From the human T2T-CHM13v2.0 reference genome, Homo sapiens: 64,000 bases of DNA. Every line of letters begins with the position of its first letter. The first letter of the stretch is position 1. The notes under the pieces are model-generated. The model made no database searches and was not told the origin of the DNA. It saw only the letters and a program-made list of their open reading frames with translations. Shown here piece by piece: positions 17,355-31,945 of this stretch. Position numbers and translations under genes: made by a program. The stretch is from assembly GCF_009914755.1 (NCBI RefSeq), contig NC_060944.1. The stretch is one strand, 5' to 3'.

Positions 17355-17767
<413 letters not shown>

Positions 17768-17921
17768 CTACCATATGCAGCCCCTGTTTTGATTTCTAGT
17801 AACATACATTATTTTAGCCATTTCTTCAACTTCATAAAAATTAATCACAATGTATACTTGGAAAAAAATGTTAAACATACACTTAACATATGACCCAGCA
17901 ACCCTACTTCTAGATTTTTAG

Positions 17922-18309
<388 letters not shown>

Positions 18310-18809
18310 GTGTTCCTTAATGTTTATAGCAAATTTGTTCATAATATCCCAAAACTGGAAACAACCCAAATGCCTTTCATTAGGTGAATAAACAAACTTC
18401 AGTACATCTATACCACAGAATACTACTGGGCAATGAAGAGGAACAGATATTGGTTTACACAACAACTTGAATGAAGTTAGGAAGAGGATCCGAATTCTCA
18501 TTGTCTGCCTGAGGGATGATTTGATAGGTATCAAAGGTCAAGACATGCCATTATAAAGCAGGAAGAAGATATGAATTTTTATTTGTTTAAAGCTCAAGTT
18601 TGTGATGCAGATAAATTCTGAAAAATATAAGAGGAATAAAAACCCAGGAAACTCACTTATAGATCATTCATACTTTAAATTATGACTTCCTTCCCAATGT
18701 CCCTGCCACTATTGTTTTCAGAACCCTCAGAGAGCTTTCTCATTCACTGTGTCCAGGGTTTTTGTTTCATTCAGTAGGAAATACAGAGTGGAACGGCTTA
18801 CTCCATCCA

Positions 18810-19050
18810 TTTCCACTCTCCCGTTTGTAAAACGAGCTGGATTACGGCAGATGAGGGTGGACCTCCAGAAATTTAACACAGTGCGTTGACTGTTGTAGTA
18901 TCTTTACTGGAACAGCCCAATGCAGCCTTAGGTACTTACTATGGAGCTTTTAATCTGGAAAATGTGTTCTTTTCAATACTCAAGGTAACAAGCTCAGAAG
19001 CAAATGGCACTCACTTGGGATAAATAACGGTACACACTCAGTCTTGCCCC
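18810..19050 (+). mobile_element. ERV-L reverse transcriptase fragment
   Basis: Translates VSLLEQPNAALGTYYGAFNLENVFFSIL, like ERV-L RT VSLLEQINTSPGTWYAAIDLANAFFSIP. Confidence 0.7.
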
Positions 19051-19054
19051 TGCT

Positions 19055-19690
19055 CTCTCTTGTTCTTAAAACAAGTTATCCATGGCTGGGCACAGTGGCT
19101 CTCACCTGTAATCCCAGCACTTTGGGAGGCTGAGGTGGGTTGATCGCTTTGAGCTCAGGAGTTTGAGACCAGCCTGGGCAACATAATGAAACCTCGTCTC
19201 TACTGAAAATACAAAAATTAGCTCGGCGTGGTCCTAGCTACTCAGGAAGCTGAGGCATGAGAATTGCTTGAACCCAGGAGGCGGAGTTTGCAGTGAGCCA
19301 AGATTGCACCACTGCACTCCAGCCTAGGTGACAGAGTGAGACCCTGTCTCAAAAAAAAAAAAAAAGCTATCCATTTGTAAATTGCTGATTTCTTTAGGGC
19401 ATTGGCTCCATAAACTTTTCATAAAGCCTCAATGATTTCACCATTCACCCATCCAAGTTTCACCATAAATTTGATGTGTATTCTTGCTTCAATTTTAGCA
19501 GGATTCACGTGGCTTTGATAGGGTTTTTTTCTAAGTGATGTCTTATCTTTCTTATTGCCTCAAACTAGATCCCGTTCAACATGTTATAACAAATTAGTTC
19601 AAGTTTATTTTGGTGCAAAAAGAATTTGGAAATGCAGGCATAGTTTCTTCATAATATGCATTTTCCATAAGCTTTTCGGAGACCTTCATA
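19055..19690 (-). mobile_element. HSMAR2 mariner 5' portion (TIR plus transposase N-terminus), split by an Alu
   Basis: The minus strand reads [45 protein letters not shown]. The TIR-like end TATGAAGGTCTCCGAAAAGCTTATGGAAAATGC has a terminal TA. Confidence 0.85.
19084..19365 (+). mobile_element. Alu inserted in HSMAR2
   Basis: TSD-like GTTATCCAT/GCTATCCAT. Confidence 0.94.
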
Positions 19691-20070
19691 GGATAAGAGA
19701 TCTATTGTAGAGATTTGATCTTACAGAACCATGGGAGTGGGTTAAATAGTCCTTGTTAGGCTGTTGTTTTGCATCTGGTGCTGGAGCTTCAACCCAGCAG
19801 GGCGGGTAGACAGGAAGAGGAGATGGATATGAAGTGAGGAAGAACAAAGAAAAACTGAAACCTGCTTTAGGGTCTCTGCACCTCCAAGTCCACAGATGCA
19901 GGGGCACAAGGAAGGTTTCCTGCTCCTTCAGTGAACACATTTGAGAGTCTGGGCGTTTGGTAAGGCCATGGAATAGAAGCCAGAGACTGGGTGCTAGTCC
20001 AGACACTGCCCCCACTGTGTGTGACCCTGAATGCAAAGTAGCCAAGACCAGTCACAATCCCACAGCCCTC

Positions 20071-20332
<262 letters not shown>

Positions 20333-20539
20333 TCTGATTCCCACAGCCCTCTTGAGTATGAACAGCAGTGCAACCGCAGAACTCACTGCACAACATCCTC
20401 CTCTTTGGGGCTCAGTCTTCCAAGGTAAGAAATGGGAAGCTTTTAGCTGTTGAGTCTTTGCTTCAGATGAAACTCTGTCCCCAGGAAGATCACCACTTGA
20501 CGTATGCTAAAGCTAAACGTAGCTCCCTTAGTTTCTCCC

Positions 20540-21075
20540 TTGTATTAGTTATCTATCACTAATACATAACAAAGTATCCCAAAACTTCATGGCTTAAAAT
20601 AACATGTATTATCTCATAGGTATTACCCTCATGTTTCTGTGGGTCAGGAATATAGAAACTGCTTAGCTGGGTGGCTCTGGCTCTTGCGAGGCTGGAGTCA
20701 GGATGTTTGCCACGATCATCCAAAGGCTTGACTAGAGCCCCAGAGAATACAAGAGGGTTCATACACATGGCTGTGGCTGGAGAATTCTCAGTTCCTGGCC
20801 ACCAGAATATCCACACTGGGCTGCTTGAGTGTCCTCACAACATGGCAGCCGGCTTCCCCAAAACACGTGATCCAAGAGAGCAAGAGAGAGAAAGAAGGAA
20901 GCTGCAGTACCTCTTTTTGACCTCACCTCAGAAGTCACACACCATCACTTTGGGCCATAACCTATTCACTAGAAGTGAGTAAATCCACCCCACATGCAAG
21001 GAAAGGAGAATGAGGCTCTCCCTCTTAAGAGGGAGCATCAAAGGATTGTGGATATATTATAAACAACTATACTCC
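20540..21075 (-). mobile_element. MaLR LTR (MLT1 family)
   Basis: tgtattagttatct... end; cttaaaataacatgtattatctcat and gagtgtcctcacaacatggcagccggcttcccc motifs. Confidence 0.7.
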
Positions 21076-21570
21076 CTTCCATTCCGGAAGTTACCCTGGG
21101 CATTTCCTTCAATGGCCAAAGTCCCAGGAGCAGGCTTTCTTAAATAAATGAGTCTTTCCTCCTTAGGTAAATTCTTCAATCTCTCTTGAAAGTGCAAATG
21201 GCTATAGTCCGGTGTTTTTGTTTTCTATTCTTGTTTTGATTATTCATTTAATGGTAATTTTTCCTTCCTGCTTCATTCAGACCAGATAAAAACAGAAATA
21301 CTCTAGTGGAAGTGGGGGTGAGGGGCACAGTTTCAACATCTCTGCCATCTGTCGTGTCTCCTCCAGTGTTGGCAGGCATGCGATGACTTTAGATGGTTCC
21401 GAGATACAGCATGAAACAACCTTGAGTCACTAAGGGGAAATGTTTCTGTTCCTTTTGTAATTTTTCTTTCCTTATTCTGATTGCAACAAGGAAAGAGTGT
21501 CAGTTGGGAGCTAGCCTGTCTTGAATGCTCTGGGTGATGCTGCCGCAATCTCTTTTTTATGAAAGAGAAA

Positions 21571-21576
21571 GGAGAA

Positions 21577-21622
<46 letters not shown>

Positions 21623-21628
21623 GAGAGC
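21571..21628. repeat. (GA)n microsatellite
   Basis: Directly visible. Confidence 0.95.
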
Positions 21629-22384
21629 TGGACTCCAGTTCTTCTCACCACATTATCCAGGAAAACTTAATAACGTTTTTCTCTTCCGTTTGCATCTACT
21701 TAGCAGTTACCCTGTATTTCAGGAAGTTGACGGTGAAACTTAAAATATGTAAAAGTTCCTGTTATATTATAATAGATTTCTTTAAAAATAGGAAGACACC
21801 CAAAAGGAAAATATTAAGTAAATAAAAGTAATGGTTGCCTGTATATGGCACAAGTCGCAGAGGTGATATGTGAATGACTGGAATTCGGGGAGCTTAGGGA
21901 CCATGCCTCCAATGCCTGACCAGCCTGGCTACTGGATTTCCTGAAGCCAAGCTCTCCAGGCCCCTAACCTTGCACCAGCGCTCACACTGTATGTCCTGTG
22001 GCCACTAGAGGAAGCTGTTGCACATATATGTACTTCCCAACTACCACCCTGGGAATGAACACTAACATCTATGTAGCAGTAACTCCTTTAAGGATTGCAT
22101 CTAATCTTCCCAGAGACGGGGTCTCTAAGGCCCAAAGTCACAGAGCTTGTGAGCAGCTGATCCAGAATCCAAATCCCAGCAGTCAGACTCTGGAGCTCAG
22201 GCTATTTGTCATAGGTTGAAAACTCATGAGCTCCAGCCAAATCCGATGCATTGTTATTTTTTTAGATTTTGCTTTGAATGCTTGATTGTTCTCCAGCTGG
22301 ATGCTAAATACAAATGCACTCATCATATCCCCCAACTAGCATACCAAGTTGTCTTACATTATTAACTGTTTAGCTCCTAAAGCA

Positions 22385-22572
22385 GATTTTCAGATTTACC
22401 AGTAAAAATACAGGATACCCAGTGAAATTTACATTTCAAATCAACGACAAATAATTTCTAGTGTAAGTATGTCCCAAATATTTCATGGGACATACTTACA
22501 CTAAAAAAAATTTCATCATATATCTGAAATTTAAATATAACTGGGCTTTCTATATTTTACCTGTCAACCTTA
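22385..22572. mobile_element. MER53 palindromic MITE
   Basis: Hairpin with centre AGTATGTCCCAAATATTTCATGGGACATACT and ends AAAATACAGGATACCCAGT / ACTGGGCTTTCTATATTTT. Confidence 0.85.
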
Positions 22573-22573
22573 C

Positions 22574-22923
22574 TGATATGGTTTGGCTGTGTCCCTATCC
22601 AAATCTCATCTCTGTAGTTCCCATAATCCCCACAGATCATGGGAGGCACCAGGTGGAGATAATTGAATCATGGGGGCAGTTTTCCCCATCCTGTTCTTGT
22701 GATAGCAAGTTAGTTCTCATGAGAGCTGATGGTTTTCTAAGGGGCTTCCCCCTTCACTGGGCACTCATTCTCTCTCCTGCCACCTTGTGAAGAGGTGCCT
22801 TCTGCCATGATTGTAAGTTTCCTGAGGCCTCCCCAGCTGTGCAGAACCATGAGTCAATTAAACCTCTTTCTTTATAAATTACCCAGTCTTGGGTGTTTCT
22901 TCATAGCAACGTGAGAACTTACG
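22574..22923 (+). mobile_element. THE1 solo LTR (MaLR)
   Basis: TGATATGGTTTGGCTGTGTCCC start and 5-bp TSD CTTAC (22569-22573 / 22924-22928). Confidence 0.9.
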
Positions 22924-23761
22924 CTTACTCTAAAAGCATCTTTGCATTTGAAACTCCTGCTCTGTCCCTCATTCCCCCACAGAGGGGAATATTTATAGAG
23001 AATCTACTATGTGCTGGTTTTGAGTGGGACGCAGAGAAACAAAAGGCTCTGCAGCAGGCTGCAAACAGCCCTGATGCTTCAGCTATGTGGTGGTCAGGCA
23101 GACCCCCCACCGCCCCGCCATGGTACTGAAACTCTCTGGGATCTATAAAGATGCCATGTGGACTTTCTGGCGAGCCCCAGTGAGGGAGTCACAGACTGCT
23201 AGATTTCTGGAGCAAAGCCATGCTGCCTTCAGCAGGGAACTGTATACCATGAGTAAAACAGCTTCTGACATGCTACAGGGCCCTGGTCAGGAAGGGGCGC
23301 CTGATCACAGGGCATCAGTAACCATGAGGCCAGAACTGCCCATCAGGAACTGGTCACTGTCATCCACCAAGTCATCAGGTCAGCAGGACCAACAGCAATC
23401 CTTCATCAGGCAGAAGTGGTGTCTGATCTAGTGGGGGCTCAAAAAGGTCCAGGGGGCAAAAGTAAGCTACCCAGACCTTCGCATCACCTACTAGTGTTGC
23501 ACCCAGCTTCTCCCTGGGTGCACACCCATGGCCCCATAGATGTTCCCGAGGATCAGCTGATGGAGAAGGAAAAATTCTAAACTTGATTCATGAGTAGGTC
23601 AGCTCAGTATGTTAGAGGAAGCCAAAAATCGACGATGTTTCACACCCTCAGGAGTGACCCTGAAAGACAGCAACCCGAGGAAATCCCCCCAGGAGTAAAG
23701 CTTCAGGCTGTGCACTTGCTCATCCACTTTGACAAAAAAACAACTGGAGGTAAGATTTATA

Positions 23762-24048
23762 GGCCAGGTGCAGTGACTCATACCTATAATCCCAGCACTT
23801 TGGGAGGCCAAGGTGGGAGATCACTTGAGCCCAGGGGTTTGAGACCAACCTGGGCAACATGACAAAACCCTCTCTCTACAAAATATGAAAAATGAGCCAG
23901 GCGAGGTGGTGTATGCCTGTAGTCCCAGCTACTCGGGAGGCTGAGGTGGGAGAATCACTTGAGCCTGGGAAGTGGAAGCTGTAGTGGGTCATGATTATGC
24001 ACTAGACTTCAGCCTGGGTGACAGAGAGATGCTGTCTCAAAAAAAAAA
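23762..24048 (+). mobile_element. Alu (AluJ-like)
   Basis: Alu dimer. Confidence 0.93.
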
Positions 24049-24596
24049 TTTACAGACACTTGGGCTGGGGAAAATGGTTTAATTGTTTAGTCAGGGACCT
24101 GGAAGAAACAAGATTGGAAGACTGGGGACACCAAGGCTGATCTAGTAACTGCCAGTGAGTGTGTGACCTGTCAACCACAGACAAACACTGACCTCCTGCT
24201 ATGGTACCATCCATTCAAGAGCTCAACCAGCCAGTTTGTGGCAAGTTGACTACAACAGACCCCTTCAGTCCTGGAAAAGGCATTGATTCACCCTGACTAG
24301 GACTGGCATATATTTTCAGAATGGGTTTGCCTTTCCCACCTGCTAAGCCTAAACTGCCATCACTAAACAAAGGCTGGCAGAATGTCTGATTCACTGACAC
24401 CAGGTCCCACACATCATCACCTTGGACCAATGGAGCCATTTCAGCAAAGGCATTGTGAAGTGGGCACATGGTTGTGAGATCCACTGGTTTTACTATGTAT
24501 CACACCATCCAGAAGCTGCCAGCCTGGTAGAATGATGGGAAGGCTCTTGAAGAGGCACAATCTTGTGGGCGATACACTGCAAGGATGCAGTATGGT

Positions 24597-25120
24597 ACTG
24601 TCTACTGCTGTGTAACAAATTATCCCAAACTCAGGACTCTAAAATAATAAACATGTGTTATTTAATGGTTTTTTTGAATCAGGAATTTGGGAGCTGCTGG
24701 ACTGGGCATTCTGGCTCTGAGTCTGTTATGAGGTTGCAGTTGAGTTGTTGGCTGGCGCTGCAGTTTCATCTGAAGGCTCGACTGAGTGAACATGCTTTCA
24801 AGTTTACTCAAGTGGTTGTTGGTTTTCCTCAGTTCCTCACCGGCCATTGATCAGAGGCCTCTTTCCTCACCACGTGAGCCTCTCCACAGGTGGCGTTGTC
24901 CTAATAGTATGGCGACTGGCTTTCCCTAGAGTATGTGATCCAAGAGCTCAACATGGAACCCACAGTCTTATAACCTAAGTCTCAGAAATGACATAGCACA
25001 ACTTCTGCCATATTCTATTGGTCACACAGACCACCCTAGTACAGGGTGAGAGGGGACAACACAAGGGTGTGGATACCAGGAGGTGGGGAATTGGAGGCCA
25101 ACTTGCAGGCTGGCTTCCAT
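24597..25120 (-). mobile_element. MaLR LTR (MLT1 family) in the ERV-L
   Basis: MLT1-type motifs (gtaacaaattatcccaaactcaggactct; ttctgccatattctattggtcacacagacc). Confidence 0.7.
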
Positions 25121-25975
25121 GGGCATCATCCCTTAGGATGTGATACACACCTTAAACCCTAGGCTATTTTATGATGCTGGGTGCTCACTACATAGAATGC
25201 ATTGGTCTAGAAATCAAGTACAAGTATCTCCCATTCAACATCACTTCCAGTGACACACATGGAGACTTTGAACTTTCCATTCCCAAAACTTTAGTCTCTG
25301 TGAGTCTAGAGTCTCTGGTTCCCAGAGTGGGAAGGATCCTTTCTCTAGGGAACTCAATGAGGATCTCGCTAAACTTCAAGCTACCACTGTCATTGGGTTG
25401 CTTTGGACTTTTCATGCCAGTAGACCAGCAGATGAAGAAAGGAGTTTTCATGACTGCAGGGGTAATAAACCCTGGGGACGCAGGTGGCTGGGGAAAAGCA
25501 GGAATGTGTTTGAAACTCAGGTCAACCATGGGGTGACTCCCATAGTCCCATGCCCAGCTTTGACTCTAAAGAGACAAGGATAATAACCACAGCTTGATAA
25601 AGGCTTGATGACCAGGGTGCTCAGATCCTTCAGACATGAGGTCCCGATCACCCCACCAAGACAAGCCACCTGGACAACAGGATCGCTGAGGATGAGGACA
25701 ATTTGGAACACATAGTAGAGGAGGGAGACTGTGAGTATCTGCTGCAGCCTCATCATCAATTGCAGCATCAGAGACTCTTGTTGGTCTTGCAAGTTTCCCG
25801 TGAATTATGACTGGATTAGTCCACATAGGCTGCCATAACAAAATACCAGAGACTGGGTGGTTTAGACAACAGAAATTTATTTTCTCACTGTTTTGGAGAC
25901 TGGAAGTCCAAGATCAAGGTGCCAGCAGGACTGATTGCCCCTGAGACCTCTCCTCTTTGGCTTGCAGATGGCCAC

Positions 25976-26387
25976 TGCTATGGTTTGAATATGTCCCCCT
26001 GCCCCACCAAAATTCATGTGTTGAAACTTAATAGCCAATGTTATAGTATTAACAAGTGAGGTTCTTAAGAGGTGATTAGGTTATGAAGGCTCCTCTTTCA
26101 TGAATGGGATCAAGTGCCCATATAAAAGAGCCTGATGGAGAAAGCCCCTTTTTGCCCTTCTGCCTTCCACCACATGAGCACATAGTGTTCCTTCACTCAA
26201 GAGGACACAGCACTCAAGGCGCCATCTTGGAAGCAGAGACCAGCCCTCACCACATAATGAACCTGCTGGTACCTTAATCTTGGACTTCCTGGCACCCAGA
26301 ACTGTGAGAAATGGATTTCTGATCTTGATAAATTACCTAGTCTCAGGTAATGTTATAATGTTATAGCAGCACAAATGGACTAAAACA
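25976..26387 (+). mobile_element. MST LTR nested in MLT1
   Basis: TGCTATGGTTTGAATATGTCCCC...GGACTAAAACA. Confidence 0.8.
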
Positions 26388-26496
26388 ACTGCCCTCTTGC
26401 TGCCTCTTCACATGGCCATACCTTGTGGCTCTCTGTGTGTCCTAACCTCCTCTTCTCATAAGGACACTAGTCAGATTAAATTAAGGCCCGCCCTAA

Positions 26497-26806
<310 letters not shown>

Positions 26807-26998
26807 CTAACGGCCTCAGTTTAACTTGATCAGCTCTTTAACAGCCCCTATGTCCAAATACAGTCCCATTCTGAGATACTGGGAGTTAGGGTTCAACATA
26901 TGAATTTGGGAGATACAATTCAGTCCATAACAGTGACCAAGCAGAATCCTGGAGCACCTGTGCCTGAACAGAGTGAATTTGATGTGTAAGAGGTGGAC

Positions 26999-27416
26999 TG
27001 TAGACACCGGCATTGCCCTACAGATCCCCTGCACTGGGCGCTAACCCCCAGCTGCTGTCAGTGAGGGCTAACAACCCACAGCTTCCTCCCTCTCTAGGGA
27101 AGTGCCCTCAACTGACAGGAGGGCACCTCTAAGTTAGGCTCATCCCCTTAAGGGACAGCCCACAGCCAATGACTGACTAAGAGTGAAGAAGGCTATCTCC
27201 CTTGCTGCAAGATGGAGGAACTCTGTTGTGGGCTATCCATGCCAGAGCCCCCAGTACCAGACGTCCCTGAGACCACATGTTGCTCTGCTCCTCCACCACC
27301 CCATCCTGCTTCCTTCCCTCCCTTATAACTTTTCCCAGAAGAGCACTCCCCCAGTAAATCGCATTCCCCAGGATCCCCATTCCAGGCTCCACCTCTCAGG
27401 AACATGATCCAAAACA
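26999..27416 (+). mobile_element. LTR16-like LTR, probable 3' LTR of the ERV-L at 18.8-25.8 kb
   Basis: Preceded by purine-rich AAGAGGTGGAC; TG...CA ends; LTR16-type 3' part (gagcactcccccagtaaatc...atccaaaaca). Confidence 0.65.
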
Positions 27417-27507
27417 GGTATGAGCAGGCAGTTCACAGAAAAGAAAACCTGAATGCCCAATCATCATAAGCAAAAGTGCTCAGACATATCTGTAATCTAA
27501 GAAATCT

Positions 27508-27812
27508 GGCCAGGCACGGTGGCTCACGCCTGTAATCCCAACAATTTGTGAGGCTGAGGTGGGCAGACCACTTGAGGTCAGGAGTTCGAGAACAGCCTGG
27601 CCAACATGGTGAAACTCCTTCTCTACTAAAAATACAAAAATTAGCCAGGCATGGTGGTGCATGCCTGTAATCCCAGCTACTCAGGAGGCTGAGGCAAGAG
27701 ATTTGCTTGAACCCGGGAGGCAGAGATTGCAGTGAGCTGAGATTGTGCCACTGCAACTCCAGCCTGGGTGACAGAGAGATACTTCGTCTCAAAAAAAAAA
27801 AAAAAAGAAAAG
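27508..27812 (+). mobile_element. Alu (AluS-like)
   Basis: Alu dimer. Confidence 0.94.
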
Positions 27813-27825
27813 AAATCCAAAGCAA

Positions 27826-28143
27826 GGCAGGGTGGTTGGCTCACACCTGTAATCCCAGCACTTTGGGAGGCCAAGAAAGGAGGATTGCTTGAGCCCAAGA
27901 GTTCAAGACCAGCCTGGGCAACATAGCAAGACCCCATCTCACTAAAAATTTTAAAAAATTAGCCAGGCATGGTGGCCACATGCCTGTGGTCCCAGGTATT
28001 CAGGAGGCTGAGGTGAGAGGATCGTTTGAGTCCAGGAGGTCAAGGCTGCAGTGAGCTGTGATTGTGCCACTGCACTCCAGCCTGGGCAACAGAGCAAGAC
28101 CTGTCTCAAAAAAAGAAAAAGAAGAGAAAAGAAAAAGAAAGAA
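27826..28143 (+). mobile_element. Alu (AluJ-like)
   Basis: Alu dimer in tandem with the previous one. Confidence 0.93.
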
Positions 28144-29003
28144 ATTCAAAGTATGTCAATAAATTTGACTATTAATGTTACACATTAGCCATGGGCGCAG
28201 GCACTCTCAGGGCTTATCAATAGAAATAGTCACCAGGGATGGCAGTTTGCCAGTATCTAAAACTAAAACATGAGTGACCTTAAACCCAGCAACCCCACAC
28301 CCAGGAACTCACCCTGACACGTGCCCAAGGCTGACAGAGAAATAGGAAACCCCTTTACAGAACTGGCAATCAGAGCTGCAGTTGAAATAGCGGAAGGTAT
28401 CGCTGGGGCACCAAGGAGGAAGTGATTTCATGTGAGCAAGGTGCTCATTATTGGAGACAAGGGGGAAAGTGATGGTATGATACAGCCTGTGAAATGAAAT
28501 ATTAAAACTATATGTGCCAATATGGGAAAACTTCCAAAACATGTTCATGAGTGAGATGGGGAACAAGGTGCAAAACCTAATATCCAGTTTGATCCTCCAA
28601 CAATGACTGTAAAAGGACAAGTCCTTTCTGGAAGGACAGGCAAGAAAGGGTTTACAGTGATTAAACTACAGGGAGCAGAAAGGGCTGGGGTAAGGAGCTT
28701 GTATGTCTTGCTTCACTCATTATCCTTCTGCACTGGTAGAATTTTCATCCTGTCCATGAATCACTTTTCCCCAAACATTTTATTATAAAAATATTCATAC
28801 ATGCAGAAAATTTAAAATAATTGTATAGTAAGCACCCATATACCCACTAACTAGATTCTATAATTAATATTTTGCTATACTTGCCTTATATATCTGCCTA
28901 TCTATCCATCCTTCCATCCAGCCTTCCATCTAACCATCTTACTTTTCGACGCATTTCAAGTAAATTAAAGAAGTGGCAATTTACTTTATCCCTAAATATT
29001 TCA

Positions 29004-29330
<327 letters not shown>

Positions 29331-29456
29331 TCAAGATGCATTCCATTAACAAGAGTTTAATATTTGTTTATTTTTTAACTTCAAGATAAATTTATATGCA
29401 ATGAAATACACAAATCTTTCAGTGTATCTATTTCTAACTTTTATACTTTATATCTG

Positions 29457-29754
29457 GTTTAGTTTGGTTTGGTTTGGGTTGGGTTTTAGAAATGAGGTCT
29501 CACTCTGTCACCGAGGCTGGAGCGCAGTGGTGCAATCTTGGCTCACTGGGCTCAAGCGAGTCTCCTACTTCAGCTGCTAGAGTAGCTGGGACTGCAAGCA
29601 CATACTGCCAGGCCCAGTTAATTTTGTTGTTGTTGTTGGAGAGACGAGGTCTCGCTATGTTGCCCAGGCTTGCCTTGAACTCCTGGCCTCAAGTGATCCT
29701 CCTGCCTCGGCCTCCCAAAGCACTCGGATTACAAGTGTGAGCCACTGAGCCAGC
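29457..29754 (-). mobile_element. Alu (AluJ-like, internally deleted)
   Basis: Antisense Alu. Confidence 0.9.
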
Positions 29755-30789
29755 CTTTAATTTTTTTTAAAGACTGCAGGTATAGGTTCATTGCTTCACT
29801 TTCCACCAGCACTCACTGAGCTCCTACTGTGCGCCACACAGTGTGGCAATGTGCTGGGGCAGCAGAGTGGATATGAGTTGATGTTTTTGAGAGCTTACCA
29901 TTCAGGGCAGGGGGCAAGGGAGGCAGATGATAAGCACGTAAACACATACATAAATAAGATCATTGCAGGCTGCAATGGGAGCTGCAAAGGCCATAAGGTG
30001 GGAAGAAGTAAGAGAGAAAGATTGCAGGGCTGGAGGCAGGGAGTGCAGGAAGAAAATGTAAGATCCAGCAGATCCCTGATGGATGAGAAGATCCAGGGTG
30101 CATTCCATTGTCAACACATGCTGGCTATTCCTTAGAGAAAGCCTCTTTGTCTCTCTGACCCTCAGTTTCCACATCTTTGTTTCAGGGATAACATCTCTTC
30201 CTCATGGGTTGTCATGGGGATTAAATGAAGGTGTTGATGTGCTTCACACAGGGCCCAGCACACATGAGCATGCAGCGAACATCAGCAGCCATCACAGTTG
30301 CCACTGCTGCCACTGTCCATGCTGTTAAATCCATCGCAAGCTGGAGACTCAGGCATAGATCTGATGGGTGCCTTCCTCATGGAGTTTACAGTCCAGAGGC
30401 TGAGACAGTTACAGAACAAGGTGGTCACAGCTGCAGGAGAACTTGCTGGAAAGTGGCACTAAGGAGGGAATGACTTGACTGAGATATCCAGGAAGACTTC
30501 CTGCAGGAGGTGACACCTAAGCTCAGGCTAAAAAAATAAATAAATAACTGGTACATCACCAGATGGGCAAGGGCAGGAGCACATCCTAAACTGAAAAACC
30601 AGCCCATGTAAAAGCAGAGAAAAATGAACTGACCTGATGCATGTAGGAGAAATCACTGGTGTCAATGTAGTAGGAAAATTAAATGGGAGAAGGTGAGGCT
30701 GGAGAGACAAGGGCCGGACAGTGGAGGGCTTGAATACGAGGCTTTGAGCTGGACTTTCTCCTAAGAGCTGTAGGAAGCCAGCAGACTGA

Positions 30790-31445
30790 AATTAAAAAGA
30801 CTCACAGTGCCAAACGTTGGTAATGGAGTGAAGCAACCAGAGCTCCCATACACTACAGGTGGGAGTATAAAGTGATACAGCCACTTTGGGGAAAGTTCTG
30901 GCGGTTTCTTACAAAACGAATCATATACCTACCCTAGGAGCTGGCAATCCCACTTCAAGAGAAATGAAAACATGTATTCACAAAAAGACTTGTACAAGAC
31001 CGTTCATAGAAACTGTATTCAGAATAGCCCCAAACTGGAAGCAACCCAAGTGTCCATCAACAGGATGAAAATGACTAAACACATTATGGTATATCCACAC
31101 AATGGGATACTGTGTATCTATAAAAAGGCATAAACTACCAAGAGCTGCAGCAATGTGAATGAATATCAAAATCATTGTGCTGGGTGAAAGAAGGCAGACA
31201 CAAAAGAGTACCTATTGTATGTTCCATTTATATGGAATCTTAGACAAAACTAATCTATAGTGGGGGAAAAAATGAGAACGTCACCCTCGCTGTGGGGGAA
31301 GAGTGGGGATTGGCTGGGAAGGGGCGAACAGAACTTTCCGGGTCGATGGGGAGATTCTGACTCTTGATGGGGTTTGGGTCACACAGGTGCATGCACCTGT
31401 CAAAACTCTGCAAATGGACACTTAGGATCCGCGCTTTTTGTTGCA
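30790..31445 (+). mobile_element. Old L1 3' end (L1M class)
   Basis: KTCIHKKTCTRPFIETVFRIAPNWKQPKCPS, the ORF2 C-terminal motif. Confidence 0.85.
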
Positions 31446-31448
31446 TAC

Positions 31449-31945
31449 TGAGATATTTTCCTTTGTAGTTCTTAATGACTCCAGAGAGTTCTCTGGCTAA
31501 CGATTTTCCCGCCTATGTCGGCAATGTTGACGATCTCTTCAACAGTTACATGTCCACTGTGCTTAATGTGCTTCTGCTTTTCTCTGTCTGAGTGGTCCTT
31601 TGACAGCTTTGATGGTCAAGGCAGAGGCAGAAGGTACTGCTTCAGTCTGGGCCTGTCTGTCCCAAATGATCCGTTTCCCTGTCATCCTTAAACCCTTCCT
31701 TAAACCCACCAATTGCCTTGGTGATATCATCACCAACCATTTTTTAGGAGACAGCCCCAGGGTGCCCATCTTGGTGGCCAGGGCAGATGTGGCACAACTT
31801 CCCCACCAGTGCACATCAGGTACAAGACTTTGATTTCCTTGGGGTTGAACCTGGGCCATGTGAAGGACGTGGCTGGTGTCACTTGAACCCGGATGCTGAG
31901 TGATCAAAGAAAGTTGCACCTTGTTCTCCTCTGAGCAGAAAGCCC
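31449..31945 (-). pseudogene. RPL12P3: Processed pseudogene of ribosomal protein L12, with frameshifts and a C-terminal deletion
   Basis: Intronless minus-strand copy: RPL12-like 5'UTR (GCTTTCTGCTCAGAGGAGAACAAGGTGCAACTT), ATG at 31859, [36 protein letters not shown]...[18 protein letters not shown]...[16 protein letters not shown]...LARELSGVIK. The RPL12 identity is firm; the pseudogene number is from memory and less certain. Confidence 0.9.

Larger units (their letters stand above)
23000..25805 (+). mobile_element. ERV-L (HERV16/ERV3-16-like) internal pol remnants: RT connection, RNaseH, integrase, dUTPase-like region
   Basis: QKALQQA, AMWTFWRAPVRESQ, WQVDY integrase motif (~24240), and ISLNFKLPLSLGCFGLFMPVDQQMKKGVFMTAGVINP (ORF 25171-25536). 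Confidence 0.8.
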
